Of a stretch of DNA of 64,000 nt, positions 36,562 to 46,570 are shown piece by piece. This DNA is from Candidatus Eiseniibacteriota bacterium (lineage in GTDB: Bacteria; Eisenbacteria; RBG-16-71-46; CAIMUX01): contig CAIMUX010000047.1 of the NCBI GenBank assembly GCA_903844735.1, positions 107,862-171,861 of the forward strand, written 5' to 3'. Position numbers and translations under genes: made by a program. Each line of letters opens with the position of its first letter. The first letter of the stretch is position 1. The notes beneath the pieces are model-generated. The model searched no databases. It was not told where the DNA came from and worked only from the letters and a program-made list of their open reading frames with translations.

Positions 36562-39438
36562 CTACCTCATCTTCTCCACCTCGCCCAGCGACACCGTCAC
36601 CTCTCTCTGCAACAAGGACGCCAGTTTGCCGACCTCGGCCTCGAAACCATGGACCTCAGGAGAAACGGGAAACTGACGACCCCGGCGCCAGTCTCCGAGA
36701 ATCCAGTAACGCAGCCTGGCGTTCTGCACTTGGCATCGCACCCGTCGCTCCTCCTTGAGGTCCACGAGTTCACCGACCGGGGTTGCCGGGAGCACCACCG
36801 CCATGCCGATGTCGCCGATCTTGTCCTCCTGCCAACCCCAAGTACCGAAATAGCCGGCCTGAAGGTCACTGAATGCGGTCTCCCGCGACAGCTTGACCAG
36901 CCCCGGCGCCAGCATGGTCTCGCCCGCCTTCGCGCCGTCAACGCGAGCCCGGATCTCGCTCTCCTGTCGGCCCGCATAGATAATGCAAACGAGCCTGACC
37001 GTTATGTTCGGCCTATCGGGCACAATGTTGCGCGCGATGATCTCGATCGCGGCTCGCACCGGCCCCTTGACCCGTTGGCGCTTGGAGAACTCCACCTGAC
37101 CGTCGCCCCCCGGGTTCTGTACCAGAAACTCCTTGCCGCCCGCGTACATCGTCAGTCCGCCCAGGCCCGACGTCTTGCCCACATCCAGTGCGTCGATGCC
37201 CCACTCGGCCTCCGCGTGGTAACTCCCATCGCCGATGTTGTCGTAGACGAGCTGATCGGTCTTTTTGCCGAAGAAATCGAATTGCCCCCAGTACGCCCGA
37301 TACGCACCGTGTTGAGACTCCCAGCCGATGTTCGGCGGCACCCAGTCCTGGGCCGTCCCCGTCCGGCGGGGAAACACGGCGTCGCGCTTCCCCGCGGGCG
37401 AATAGTAGAGGTAATATGTGGTAGATTCCGCCGCCGGCAGGTCCGCGATAAAGGTCAGCTCGGCGCCGACGCTCGCGTCCGCGCTGTCGACTTGATGCGG
37501 GATCTCACGCCAGTGGACGTAGCGCTCGCCGGCGACGACGGCGCAGTCGTCCGGGTTGAAGTCCGCCGCCGTCTTGCGAATGTGAGCAACCGGCAAAGCG
37601 ATGGGCCAATCCGGCCGAGCCGGCGAAGCGGCATTGTTCAACCGTAAGGCCACGCGCCGAGTGAAGGCGCCGAAGGGCCTCGTGTCGGCCACCGGAGCAC
37701 CGCCGGCCAACGTCTCAAGCAGGAGATCGGCCGCGATGGCGTAGTCGCCCGCGGCATAGCGGGCTTCCGTCGCGGCCCACGCCGCCCGGCTGCCGTACTT
37801 GCCCTTCAGCGCGGCAAACGCACGATCGCGAATCAAGTCCAAGTAGAACCGAGCCCCTCCGGGCGACGAGCGCATGTACGCACCGAGCTGGGTCTGTGGC
37901 ATCCAGCCGGCCAGAGTGTCGACGAAATACTTCGCCACGGGATCGGAGGCCAACGCCGGCAACACGGTACGGGCCGCGTCGATGAACGCCCGACTGTCCT
38001 GAATGACGCTGGACAGGCTGGTCTTGTAAAACGGCATGAGTTGTCGCCACTCTGACTCGACATACTGTACCTGCTTGGGATTCATCGGCCATATAAACTC
38101 CATCTTGCCGTCGCCGTCGATGTCGATGGCTCGCTGGTCAAACAACCCGTCCTGATCGTCGTCAGCATATTGATAGCTCGCATCCACAATACCATCGAAG
38201 TTGTAATCGACATCCAGCCACCCTTCGCCGGCTCCGTACAAGTGTAACCGTCGGTCCGTCGGATCGTAGTACAATTGCATACGGGTTGGCCATCCGTCAG
38301 AACGACGCCCGAGCGGCGACATGGCAAGTTCATTCCGTTTGTTCAGCGGGCTGCAGGACGGGCCGCCGACCTGCGGAAAGCCCTCCGAGTCGTGGGCGAT
38401 CACTCCCTCCCAGCGTTCGTGCGGGTCGCGCTGGACGTTCTCTTCGGTATTGGCGTTCATTTCATCCCAGGTGAGTAACGCCTTGGCCCACGGCGCCTGC
38501 CGCGCAAACTCCATGGCACGGTCCCGGCTCAGCCAGCCCTGGGTGGGAAGTCCGCGAAGCGTCGTGCTGGTAAGCAGGCCGGGAGGGACCGTGATGGGCT
38601 TACCGTCTTCCGCTACCGCCGTCACGGAAAAGTCGTAGTCGTGCGTTCGCTTGCCGTAGGCGTCGTCATCGGCGTCGAAGCTCCAGCGGACCGACTTCAC
38701 CTGATCGGCCCGGCCCTCCACCCGCAACGCCACCTCGCTGCACAAATCCTCATCGGGATCCCAGAACAGGAACGGATTCTCGTACGCACTACTCCACTCC
38801 TTACCGCTTTCGCGCAGGCCGAACGCGACGAACGTTTCGTCTCCGCTGAAGTGGCTGCGATACTGGCATAGCTCTTGATAGTAGTTGTAGTTGACGTCGT
38901 ACCAAAGAAGGTGATCGCCGCCATCATCCCGGCCCCACCACACGCGCAGCACATCCTTGCCGAAGAACGGGTGGTTCTTCAGATAGAAGTAGATACCCAT
39001 CTCGTGCAGGGCCTGGTCGCCCAGCTTGTCGGCGTAGTCGATGATCGCATCCACCGTTCCGTCGGCGTTATAGTCAGCAATATAGAGATCGTTGTCCTGA
39101 TCCGGTCCCTGGTACAGTTCCAGATCCCCGTCCTCATCAACCACCTTCACCAGGACGGGGCGCGCGGCCTGGGTGTGCCGCGGGCTTGTATCGATGAACC
39201 ACACTTCATCATTCGTGCCGTCGCCATCGCGATCAACGTAGAACTGCCGGCCCGGCGGGCCCGCCTTGACCTGCGCGACCATGGCCGGGTCGAGGGCGGC
39301 CGCATTGCCGAAGACCTTCCGGAACAAGGCCTGGCTGTTATCCGCCGCCTGAACAGCCGTGGCGAGGAGCGTGGCAAGGAAAGCACTGAGACCCAGAAAG
39401 ATCGAAAAGCGCAGTCTTCGCGGTTCAAGCCCGTTCAT
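36562..39438 (-). CDS. Large secreted protein (958 aa) with several Ca-binding DxDxDG-type loops and a DUF4861-like C-terminal domain
   Basis: Signal FSIFLGLSAFLATLLATAVQA. Loops YVDRDGDGTNDE, DYNADGTVDA, DYNFDGIVDA, DIDGDGKMEF. The C-terminal ~320 aa (..YYLYYSP..NIGWESQHGAYRAYWGQFDFFGKK..GLGGLTMY..) resemble DUF4861, a family seen next to uronate/pectin-utilisation genes. Confidence 0.6.
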   Translation of the reverse strand: MNGLEPRRLRFSIFLGLSAFLATLLATAVQAADNSQALFRKVFGNAAALDPAMVAQVKAGPPGRQFYVDRDGDGTNDEVWFIDTSPRHTQAARPVLVKVVDEDGDLELYQGPDQDNDLYIADYNADGTVDAIIDYADKLGDQALHEMGIYFYLKNHPFFGKDVLRVWWGRDDGGDHLLWYDVNYNYYQELCQYRSHFSGDETFVAFGLRESGKEWSSAYENPFLFWDPDEDLCSEVALRVEGRADQVKSVRWSFDADDDAYGKRTHDYDFSVTAVAEDGKPITVPPGLLTSTTLRGLPTQGWLSRDRAMEFARQAPWAKALLTWDEMNANTEENVQRDPHERWEGVIAHDSEGFPQVGGPSCSPLNKRNELAMSPLGRRSDGWPTRMQLYYDPTDRRLHLYGAGEGWLDVDYNFDGIVDASYQYADDDQDGLFDQRAIDIDGDGKMEFIWPMNPKQVQYVESEWRQLMPFYKTSLSSVIQDSRAFIDAARTVLPALASDPVAKYFVDTLAGWMPQTQLGAYMRSSPGGARFYLDLIRDRAFAALKGKYGSRAAWAATEARYAAGDYAIAADLLLETLAGGAPVADTRPFGAFTRRVALRLNNAASPARPDWPIALPVAHIRKTAADFNPDDCAVVAGERYVHWREIPHQVDSADASVGAELTFIADLPAAESTTYYLYYSPAGKRDAVFPRRTGTAQDWVPPNIGWESQHGAYRAYWGQFDFFGKKTDQLVYDNIGDGSYHAEAEWGIDALDVGKTSGLGGLTMYAGGKEFLVQNPGGDGQVEFSKRQRVKGPVRAAIEIIARNIVPDRPNITVRLVCIIYAGRQESEIRARVDGAKAGETMLAPGLVKLSRETAFSDLQAGYFGTWGWQEDKIGDIGMAVVLPATPVGELVDLKEERRVRCQVQNARLRYWILGDWRRGRQFPVSPEVHGFEAEVGKLASLLQREVTVSLGEVEKMR

Positions 39439-39749
39439 ACGACGGCTTCCTTTCTTCGGTCCTTCGGGATGCGCGGTTGCAGCATCAGGAATGTGAAGAT
39501 CGACTCCTGTTTCAGATCAGCATCCCGCATCACTCTTCTCCTCCGGGACGGTGGTGTGAGCTTTCAAGAAGGATCCTACCGCTTGATAGTACATCCATCG
39601 TGCTACGGGGAGCGTTTCCGTGCCCCGCCGGCCTTCGGATGAGGCGCGGGAGGCATGAGATCCGGAGTTGAACCCGCTGCGGCACGGGAGGGATACTTGC
39701 AGGCGCGGCTTCTTTCGGTCTGTGAGGGCCATCGCCCGAGGGAGGAAAC

Positions 39750-40334
39750 ATGTTTCGTGATCTCGTGCTCCGCAACCGGAGCTACCGGCGCTTCCGCGAG
39801 GAGCGTCGGGTCAGGATCGCCGTCCTGCGCGAGCTGACCGACCTGGCAAGAATCTGCCCATCGGGGGCGAATCTGCAACCGCTTCGCTATGTCCTCGTCG
39901 CTGATCGCGAAGTGAACGCCCGCGTGTTCCCGTGCCTCTCGTGGGCGGGGTACCTTGCTGATTGGCCGGGACCGGAGGAAGGCGAGCGCCCGGCAGCCTA
40001 CATCGCCATCCTCCACGACCGGTCAGTGAAGGAGAGCGGTCCCGGACACGATGCCGGTATCGCGGCCCAGACGATTCTCCTCGGGGCCGCTGACCGCGGC
40101 CTGGGTGGCTGCATGATCGGTTCCATCGACCGGGAGAGGCTGCGCGGGGTGCTCGACCTCGACCCTGGCCTCGATGTCGTTCTCGTGCTGGCCCTGGGCG
40201 AGCCGGTGGAGCAAGTTGTCCTGGAGGATCTGGACGGGGACGGAGATATCCGCTACTGGCGGGACGAGTCCGGCCTGCACCACGTTCCCAAGCGATTACT
40301 CAGCAGGCTGGTGGCGCGGGAGTTCGGGGACTGA
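39750..40334 (+). CDS. Nitroreductase-family protein
   Basis: RNRSYRRFREE..LTDLARICPSGANLQPLRYVLV and GIAAQTILLGAADRGLGGCMIG are typical of the nitroreductase fold. Confidence 0.8.
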   Translation: MFRDLVLRNRSYRRFREERRVRIAVLRELTDLARICPSGANLQPLRYVLVADREVNARVFPCLSWAGYLADWPGPEEGERPAAYIAILHDRSVKESGPGHDAGIAAQTILLGAADRGLGGCMIGSIDRERLRGVLDLDPGLDVVLVLALGEPVEQVVLEDLDGDGDIRYWRDESGLHHVPKRLLSRLVAREFGD

Positions 40335-41444
40335 CCCCGGCTTCGCCATCGTGCCGACCCGGCGGTACTCCTCGAACAGGCGTCCCCATGTCGTTTCTCG
40401 CTTCCAGCGCTCGAAGACCCGCCGGTCCTTCAGCGGCCAGCGGAAGTAGTCGTGGTAGCTCTCCGACCCGAGAATGAAGACATTGACCAGCGGGGTGCGG
40501 AAGAAGAAGTTCTGCAGCGCCTTCAAGGGACTGAACCAGAGGAGGTCGCCCACCCGCGAGGCGAAGTTGTCGCCGACCTTGAACCCCCACGACTCGCCCG
40601 AGATGTCATCGCCGACGATCTCGATGTCGCGCGGGTCGCCCACGCCGAGGCGGTCCTCGTGCGCCTTGGCGATATACTCGATGGAAAGCGGGTCAAAGCC
40701 CATCATCTTCGCGGCGATGGCGTCGATGGCCACCTGGTCGGCCGAGGCCAACATATAGTTCTTGATCACCGGGAACATGGTGCGCGGTCCCGGGCCGTTC
40801 CCGGCCGTCGTCCCGTCCATGATGGCGAAGACGCCCGAGTGGATCTCCTTCTGGATCGCCAGGAGGTCCACGAGGGTCTCGTGGATCCACGAGTGGGTAT
40901 AGTGTCGCTTGGTGTTGAGGAGGCCCCCGAACGCGTTTTTCATCGCCCCGGTGGTGGTGGTGTAGATGTGACACTTCACCGTGGGGAGGTGGATGATCCC
41001 TTTCCCCATGAAGTAGTCCGGCACCGTGATCCCCTCGGGGTAGATCTTGTCCAGGACCCGCATCCGGGCCTTAGGCTTGTACACCACCCACTTCATGTCC
41101 TTGTCCTTGAAGTTGTAGAGGACAGGAGTGTCGTAGGTCTTGAAAATGGGGAGGTAGCCGTTCAGGTCCTCCCCCTTGAAGGCGTTCGTCACCACGGTCT
41201 TGTTCTGGACGCAGGTGATATCGGCGTAGCCCGCGCGTCGCAGCGCCCGCACCGTCCCCTCCAGTTGCCAGGGCGTGGTGTTCGCCCCGGGGAAGGGGAA
41301 ATGCCAGGAAATGTTGTCCTTGAGGATGACCGTCGACTTCGGGTCGAGGGCGGTCCGGAGACCGGCCAGCTCCGCGAGTCTTTCGATATCGTCGAGAACC
41401 GTCTCCGGACGGACAGTCAAGACCGCGACGCGTGATTTCGGCAT
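40296..41444 (-). CDS. DUF362 domain-containing protein
   Basis: VILKDNISW..ANTTPWQLEGTVRALRRAGY, LPTVKCHIYTTTTGAMKNAFGGL, AIMDGTTAGNGPGP, LASADQVAIDAIAAKMMGFDP follow the DUF362 pattern. Convergent 39-nt overlap with the nitroreductase gene. Confidence 0.75.
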   Translation of the reverse strand: MPKSRVAVLTVRPETVLDDIERLAELAGLRTALDPKSTVILKDNISWHFPFPGANTTPWQLEGTVRALRRAGYADITCVQNKTVVTNAFKGEDLNGYLPIFKTYDTPVLYNFKDKDMKWVVYKPKARMRVLDKIYPEGITVPDYFMGKGIIHLPTVKCHIYTTTTGAMKNAFGGLLNTKRHYTHSWIHETLVDLLAIQKEIHSGVFAIMDGTTAGNGPGPRTMFPVIKNYMLASADQVAIDAIAAKMMGFDPLSIEYIAKAHEDRLGVGDPRDIEIVGDDISGESWGFKVGDNFASRVGDLLWFSPLKALQNFFFRTPLVNVFILGSESYHDYFRWPLKDRRVFERWKRETTWGRLFEEYRRVGTMAKPGSVPELPRHQPAE

Positions 41445-41465
41445 GCGGGGAGCAACTCCTTTCGC

Positions 41466-42494
41466 CTAGCGGCCCAAGCGGTGGTAGCGGCGCGCCATCT
41501 CTTCGAGGGAGACCTTCGGCACCTTCGGGGCGAACCCGGCCTGCCCAAAGGCGATCATCCGCGCTTCACAGACCGCCTGCATCGCCTCGCGGGCCGGCTT
41601 CATGTAGCTGCGCGGGTCGAACTCTTCCGGCTTCTCGAAGAAGACTTTGCGGATGGCGCCGGTGATGGCCAGGCGGTTGTCGGTATCCACGTTGATCTTC
41701 CGCACGCCATTGCGGATCCCTTCCTGGATCTCCTCCACCGGCACGCCGAAGGTGGCCGGCATCTTTCCGCCGTAGGCGTTGATGATGTCGATCAACTCCT
41801 TGGGCACCGAGGAGGAACCGTGCATGACGAGGTGGGTCTCGGGCAGGCGACGGTGGATTTCGGCGATGATGCTCATCTTGAGGACCTCGCCCGTCGGCTT
41901 CTTCTTGAATTTGTAGGCTCCGTGGCTGGTGCCGATGGCGACCGCTACCGCGTCGACGCCGGTTTCGGCGGCGAACTGCTCGGCCTGGGCCGGATCGGTG
42001 AGGTGCGCCATCGGGTCGCCGCCGGCGCCGTGTCCATCCTCGACCCCACCGAGGCAGCCGATCTCTCCCTCTACCGTCACGCCTGCGGCGTGGGCGCGCT
42101 CCACGACCTCCTTGGTGACCTTCACGTTGTGCTCGAAGGAGGACGGGGTCTTACCGTCTTCCTGCAGCGAGCCGTCCATCATCACGCTGGTGAACCCCTG
42201 CTCGATGGCGGAGAAGCAGGTGGCGGGCGAGTTGCCGTGATCCAGGTGCATCGCCAAGGGGATCTGCGGATGGAGCTCCGCGGCCGCCAGCATCAGGTGG
42301 CGGAGGTAGTTGTCCTGCGAATAACTCCGGGCCCCCCGGGAGGCCTGGATGATCACGGGGGACTCTGTCTTGACCGCCGCCGCCATGATCGCCTGGATCT
42401 GTTCCATGTTGTTGACGTTGAAGGCGGCCACGCCGTAGCCGTTCTCGGCCGCGTGATCGAGCAGAGCGCGCATCGGAACGAGGGGCATCGTCAT
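41466..42494 (-). CDS. fba: Class II fructose-1,6-bisphosphate aldolase
   Basis: [63 protein letters not shown]. Confidence 0.92.
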   Translation of the reverse strand: MTMPLVPMRALLDHAAENGYGVAAFNVNNMEQIQAIMAAAVKTESPVIIQASRGARSYSQDNYLRHLMLAAAELHPQIPLAMHLDHGNSPATCFSAIEQGFTSVMMDGSLQEDGKTPSSFEHNVKVTKEVVERAHAAGVTVEGEIGCLGGVEDGHGAGGDPMAHLTDPAQAEQFAAETGVDAVAVAIGTSHGAYKFKKKPTGEVLKMSIIAEIHRRLPETHLVMHGSSSVPKELIDIINAYGGKMPATFGVPVEEIQEGIRNGVRKINVDTDNRLAITGAIRKVFFEKPEEFDPRSYMKPAREAMQAVCEARMIAFGQAGFAPKVPKVSLEEMARRYHRLGR

Positions 42495-42849
42495 TTCCTC
42501 CTGGAAGGGGCCGTGGGTCCGTTCGCGGGGCCGGTCCTCCCCGAACCCTGGTTCTTAGAACCATTCCGAACCGGTCCGACAGGTACCAAACTTCCACCAT
42601 CGGCTGGGAAGCGGTCAATCGCCAGTTTCTTGACTTCGGCAGTTCCCTGACCCCGGGGATCGGGTAGAGTCTCTTCCCACGGCCGCCCCGACCGTTGCAA
42701 CCCCCAGCGGAACCGCCGCGTACAGTTCTCAGGGTGCGAGGGTACGCGGGATGGTAGCCGCAGGCCGGACGGAAGCAGCAGCTCGAACGGAAGCAGCAGG
42801 CCGGACGGAAGCAGGCAGCCCCGGCTGGTTATGAAGCGGAGGTGCAGCC

Positions 42850-44778
42850 ATGGTCATGAGCATAAAGATCGCAACAGCACGGGCCATCGCATCCGCTCTT
42901 ACAGCCTGCCTGGCCGCCTCGGCCGTAGCCGCCCTTCTCACCCTCCTCGCTCCACTCGCTTCCGCCGCCAACCACGGAGCCCAGATTGCCGCCATCGATC
43001 GGATCGCCAGTCAGGGTCTGCGCCGCGAGGTGTTCGTTCTCGACGGTCCCACCGAGGTGCGGATTCGCGCCGAAGGACTGGCCGACCGGCAGGGGACGAA
43101 TTTCCTTGCCTATGGCTGGATTCTCGACCTGACGTCCCGCCATCCCGCCTGGGTCATGGACGCGACCAACGCTGCGTGGGACCGCAAGACCCAGAACTGG
43201 AAGGTCGACGAACGGATGACGCTGCCCGCCGGCATCTACGCTCTGTACTACGCTTCCTATGGCGGCTCTTTCCCGCTGGACAAGGAGATCCGGGTGCTCG
43301 GGATGATCCTGGGACGCTTTGAGTCTTCGGTTGGTCCCAGCGTGAAGTGGAATGAGCACGGCGACGATTCGCTCTGGGGGATCCGTGTCGACGGCATGGG
43401 CGCCGGGTTCCGGCCCGCCAAGGCACCCGTGGAGGCGCCCAGCCCCGATCCCGGCGCTCTCATCCGCTTCTTCGAGCTGCCGAATAACGCGCTCGAGCGG
43501 GAGCGGATCGACCTCTCCCGGCCGGTCGACTTTCGCGTCCGCTTCACCGGTGAGTACGACCGCGGCGTGCGCGCCTTCGCCGACGGCGCCTGGATCACCG
43601 ACCTCTCCACCTACGAGAAGGTCTGGTCCCCGAACTTCGACGATACCGAGCCGGCCGGGGGCGACGCCAAGAACCGGATGTTTCAGGGGACGATTCCGCT
43701 CCGTGCGGGAAGCTATGAATTCACGGTCACCACGGATGGGAGCCACGCGGTCGGAAGCTGGAACGCTTCGCCGCCGTACGACCCGGAGGCTTGGGGCATA
43801 TCCCTCACCCCGGTGCGCGATTCGGATCGGGTTTTTGTGAGCGTGACCGGGGCGGCCGGGCTGCCCGAGCCGGTACTGGCCATTCGCGAGGTCGGTGACG
43901 ACGAGTTGCGACGCGAGCCGTTCGTGGTTCTCCGGCCGGTGCGCCTTTTCGTCACCGCGCTTGGTGAGCGTTCCGGCAAGGGCGAGATGGCCGACTTTGC
44001 GTGGATCGAGCGGACGGGCGACCTCCAGCCGATCTGGGAGATGCGCGAGGAGGACACCGAACCCGCCGGAGGCTCCGCCAAGAACCGCGTCGTCGAGTCG
44101 GTGATCGAGTTGCCGCCCGGGGCCTACGCGCTCTGCTACGCCAGCGACGACTCTCATTCGTACCCGGACTGGAATTCCGAGGCTCCGCGCAATCCCGAGG
44201 CGTGGGGTGTGAGTCTTGCTCCGATCGGGCGGGCCGATCCGAACAGCCCACGCCTGACCGCTCCTTCGGAGGAGCCCGAGATCCCGCAGGTTCCCCGGGT
44301 CCCGTCGAAGCCCGGCAAGCCCGGGACACCGACCCTGCCCCCCGCGCCTTCTTTCCTTCCTCTGTCCCCCGCGGCCGTCGCCGCCCTCATCCGTCCGGGC
44401 GAGCCGCCGGATCCACCCGTGGTCATCGGGCTTACGCGCGTCGGCAGCGATGCCGATCTTTCGCGACGCTTCCGCGTCAGCGCCACGACCAAGTTTCACC
44501 TCGTCGCTCTCGGCGAGGGGACCGAAGAACCGCTTTCCGACCATGGGTGGATCGAGGATGTGCGCTCGGGGAAGGTGATCTGGAAGATGCGCTACCGTGA
44601 TACCCAGCATGCGGGTGGCGCGCGCAAGAACCGGGTTGAGCGGGCTGAAATCACGCTGCCTCAGGGGGAGTATCTTCTCCGGTATGAGACGGATGACTCC
44701 CACGCCTTCGGGGACTGGAATGGAACCCTGCCATCCCAGCCGCATCTTTGGGGCATAAGCCTTGTCGAGGTGAAGTAG
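42850..44778 (+). CDS. Secreted protein built from four copies of an uncharacterised ~130-aa repeat, with a Pro-rich linker before the last copy
   Basis: Signal ..ALLTLLAPLASA. The repeat cores are TEPAGGDAKNRMFQGTIPLRAGSYEFTVTTDGSHAVGSWNASPPYDPEAWGISL; TEPAGGSAKNRVVESVIELPPGAYALCYASDDSHSYPDWNSEAPRNPEAWGVSL; TQHAGGARKNRVERAEITLPQGEYLLRYETDDSHAFGDWNGTLPSQPHLWGISL; and a divergent first copy (..MTLPAGIYALYYASYGG..). Confidence 0.8.
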   Translation: MVMSIKIATARAIASALTACLAASAVAALLTLLAPLASAANHGAQIAAIDRIASQGLRREVFVLDGPTEVRIRAEGLADRQGTNFLAYGWILDLTSRHPAWVMDATNAAWDRKTQNWKVDERMTLPAGIYALYYASYGGSFPLDKEIRVLGMILGRFESSVGPSVKWNEHGDDSLWGIRVDGMGAGFRPAKAPVEAPSPDPGALIRFFELPNNALERERIDLSRPVDFRVRFTGEYDRGVRAFADGAWITDLSTYEKVWSPNFDDTEPAGGDAKNRMFQGTIPLRAGSYEFTVTTDGSHAVGSWNASPPYDPEAWGISLTPVRDSDRVFVSVTGAAGLPEPVLAIREVGDDELRREPFVVLRPVRLFVTALGERSGKGEMADFAWIERTGDLQPIWEMREEDTEPAGGSAKNRVVESVIELPPGAYALCYASDDSHSYPDWNSEAPRNPEAWGVSLAPIGRADPNSPRLTAPSEEPEIPQVPRVPSKPGKPGTPTLPPAPSFLPLSPAAVAALIRPGEPPDPPVVIGLTRVGSDADLSRRFRVSATTKFHLVALGEGTEEPLSDHGWIEDVRSGKVIWKMRYRDTQHAGGARKNRVERAEITLPQGEYLLRYETDDSHAFGDWNGTLPSQPHLWGISLVEVK

Positions 44779-44788
44779 ACCGAGGCTC

Positions 44789-44805
44789 CCGGCCGACGCG
44801 GCCGG
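44789..44805. terminator. GC-rich hairpin between convergent genes (CCGGCCG acg CGGCCGG)
   Basis: A 7-bp perfect stem with a 3-nt loop, 11 nt after the stop at 44778 and facing the dacB-like gene. No U-tract, so function as a terminator is an inference. Confidence 0.35.
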
Positions 44806-44887
44806 CATCACGGACTCACGGCAGCGAATCAGGTAGCCGGAAGTCAGAATTCAGAAGTCAGAATGACGACGCTCCTCGACGGGGCTT

Positions 44888-46570
44888 CTACCGGAGGAAC
44901 TCCCGCACCCACATCTCTTGCCGCGTCTTCATTCGCGCCAGATCCCACCCACTGTCCGCAGGCGCGTTCATCAGGATGGCGAAGGCCACGACCGCGCCGT
45001 GGCTGGTCTCGAGACATCCGGCGATGCCGCTGGCCATCGGTTCCGACATTGTGCCGGTCTTGGCGCGCAGGACCGGGAGCGGGCCGTCTTTGAACCGGCC
45101 ACGCAGGGTGCCGTCCTGGCCGGGCACGGCAAGCGAGGCCGCGAAGTCAGGACCGATCCGCAGGTCGTTCCAAGTACGAGCGAGGAGTCGGGCCAGAGTC
45201 TCTGCGGTGAGACGGCTACCTGGATGGAGGCCGCTGCCATCGAACTGTCGCAGGCTCGTCGGCGCATCGCAGGTCTCGCGGAGGCGCGACGTGATCCAAA
45301 GACCAGCCCTCGTAAGACTGGCTGCCCGCGAGGACGAGCCGAGCGCAACGGTGTCGGGGAGCGTGCTCCATCTGGCAGCAGGGTCGGCCATCGCGGAATG
45401 GGCTGCGGAGTCGGCCGTTGCCGTGTTCACCCGTCTCGACAGTGCCAGTGCCACTTGGTCGGCCATGAAGTTGTTGCTGTACCGGTTGGCCTTGGCTACC
45501 AGTTCGCGCAGCGGAAGCGAGGGAAACTCCGCCAGCAGACGGGACCCGGGGTGCGCGATCTCGAACACGGTCGGTCCGGCAATAACGATCCCCTCCCGTG
45601 CAAGGAAAGCGCGCACCATCGAGGCCGAAAAGGCCAGTGGATCGGAGACGCTGCGGTATTCCACCCGTGCCGGGGCGCCGGCGGGAAGCGTCCCCTCGAG
45701 TCTCGCGACTTCGCCGCCGTTTCCATCGGTCTCGATCTTGATGGCCAGTTGCTCCGCCGATTCAGCGGTCCCGGTGACGAGCCGGTTGTCGATCCGCAGG
45801 TAGGTGCACGGGAGCGGGTCGGCGTCCACTGTCACCGGGTCTCCCGCCCGGCGGCCAGGCTGGATCCTGATTGCCCCGGCATTGAAGTTCACCGCCAGCG
45901 CCGAGAGTTTCGCGGCGTAGGGGCGATCCGAGATTTCTCTCTCTCGCGCCCGCACCGGGTCCGCGACATCAGGGGTCAACCACGAGCCGTCAACGATCAG
46001 CCGCCCCGTCACGGCCGTCAGACCGGTCGCGCGTACGTCGCGTGCGAGGAGCCACAGTCGCTCGGAGACGAGAAAAGGGTCGCCGCCGCCCACGACCACG
46101 AGATCACCGTGAAGCGTGTCCCCGCGTTGCTCGCCTGCTGCGAGAATCCGGGTGGTGAACATGAAATCGGTCCCGAGCTCATCGAGGGCGAAAGCGGTGG
46201 TGGGCAGTTTGGCCAGGCTGGCGGGCACGAGCGGAAGGTCGCCGTGCGACCGGACGGTGTCGCCCGACGCGGGGACGCCGTCAAGGTTCAGCGGTCGGGG
46301 GGCGCCGGATTCGGTCACCGGGATGAAGACGACGCCGTAGCGCAGGCCGGACGACTCGGCTCCCTCCCCGAACGATGCGAGAGTGCGCCGGAGCGATGCG
46401 GGGGAAGCAAAGGCCGCCGTGGCGCCGATGGCGGCACCGGTGAGGAAGATAGCCGTCGCGTATGCGAGCAGGACGGCGTGGGTGCCGGTGCGGGCGCTGG
46501 TGCTGGTGCCAGCGACGGCATGTGGCGTCAACGGCGTTCCGACTGACCGACGCGGGGCCCGAGTCTTCAT
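44888..46570 (-). CDS. dacB: D-alanyl-D-alanine carboxypeptidase/endopeptidase, PBP4 (peptidase S13) family
   Basis: Active-site motifs SLAK (PASLAKLPTT), SNN (RYSNNFMADQ) and KTG (RAKTGTMS). Size is as expected for the family. Confidence 0.85.
   Translation of the reverse strand: MKTRAPRRSVGTPLTPHAVAGTSTSARTGTHAVLLAYATAIFLTGAAIGATAAFASPASLRRTLASFGEGAESSGLRYGVVFIPVTESGAPRPLNLDGVPASGDTVRSHGDLPLVPASLAKLPTTAFALDELGTDFMFTTRILAAGEQRGDTLHGDLVVVGGGDPFLVSERLWLLARDVRATGLTAVTGRLIVDGSWLTPDVADPVRAREREISDRPYAAKLSALAVNFNAGAIRIQPGRRAGDPVTVDADPLPCTYLRIDNRLVTGTAESAEQLAIKIETDGNGGEVARLEGTLPAGAPARVEYRSVSDPLAFSASMVRAFLAREGIVIAGPTVFEIAHPGSRLLAEFPSLPLRELVAKANRYSNNFMADQVALALSRRVNTATADSAAHSAMADPAARWSTLPDTVALGSSSRAASLTRAGLWITSRLRETCDAPTSLRQFDGSGLHPGSRLTAETLARLLARTWNDLRIGPDFAASLAVPGQDGTLRGRFKDGPLPVLRAKTGTMSEPMASGIAGCLETSHGAVVAFAILMNAPADSGWDLARMKTRQEMWVREFLR

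Noticed and set aside
36552-36758. 68-codon plus-strand ORF preceded by an excellent SD (TTAGGAGGT, 7 nt, GTG)
   Set aside because: It lies almost entirely antisense to the 3' end of the 958-aa gene and translates to Pro/Ser/Thr/Arg low-complexity sequence. The SD-like string is probably coincidental.
42700-42830. Imperfect direct repeats GGCCGGACGGAAGCAG.. (three copies) upstream of the four-repeat protein gene
   Set aside because: Only three short degenerate copies, in a divergent promoter region. There is no evidence for function beyond a possible regulator binding site, and I cannot evaluate it without comparative data.
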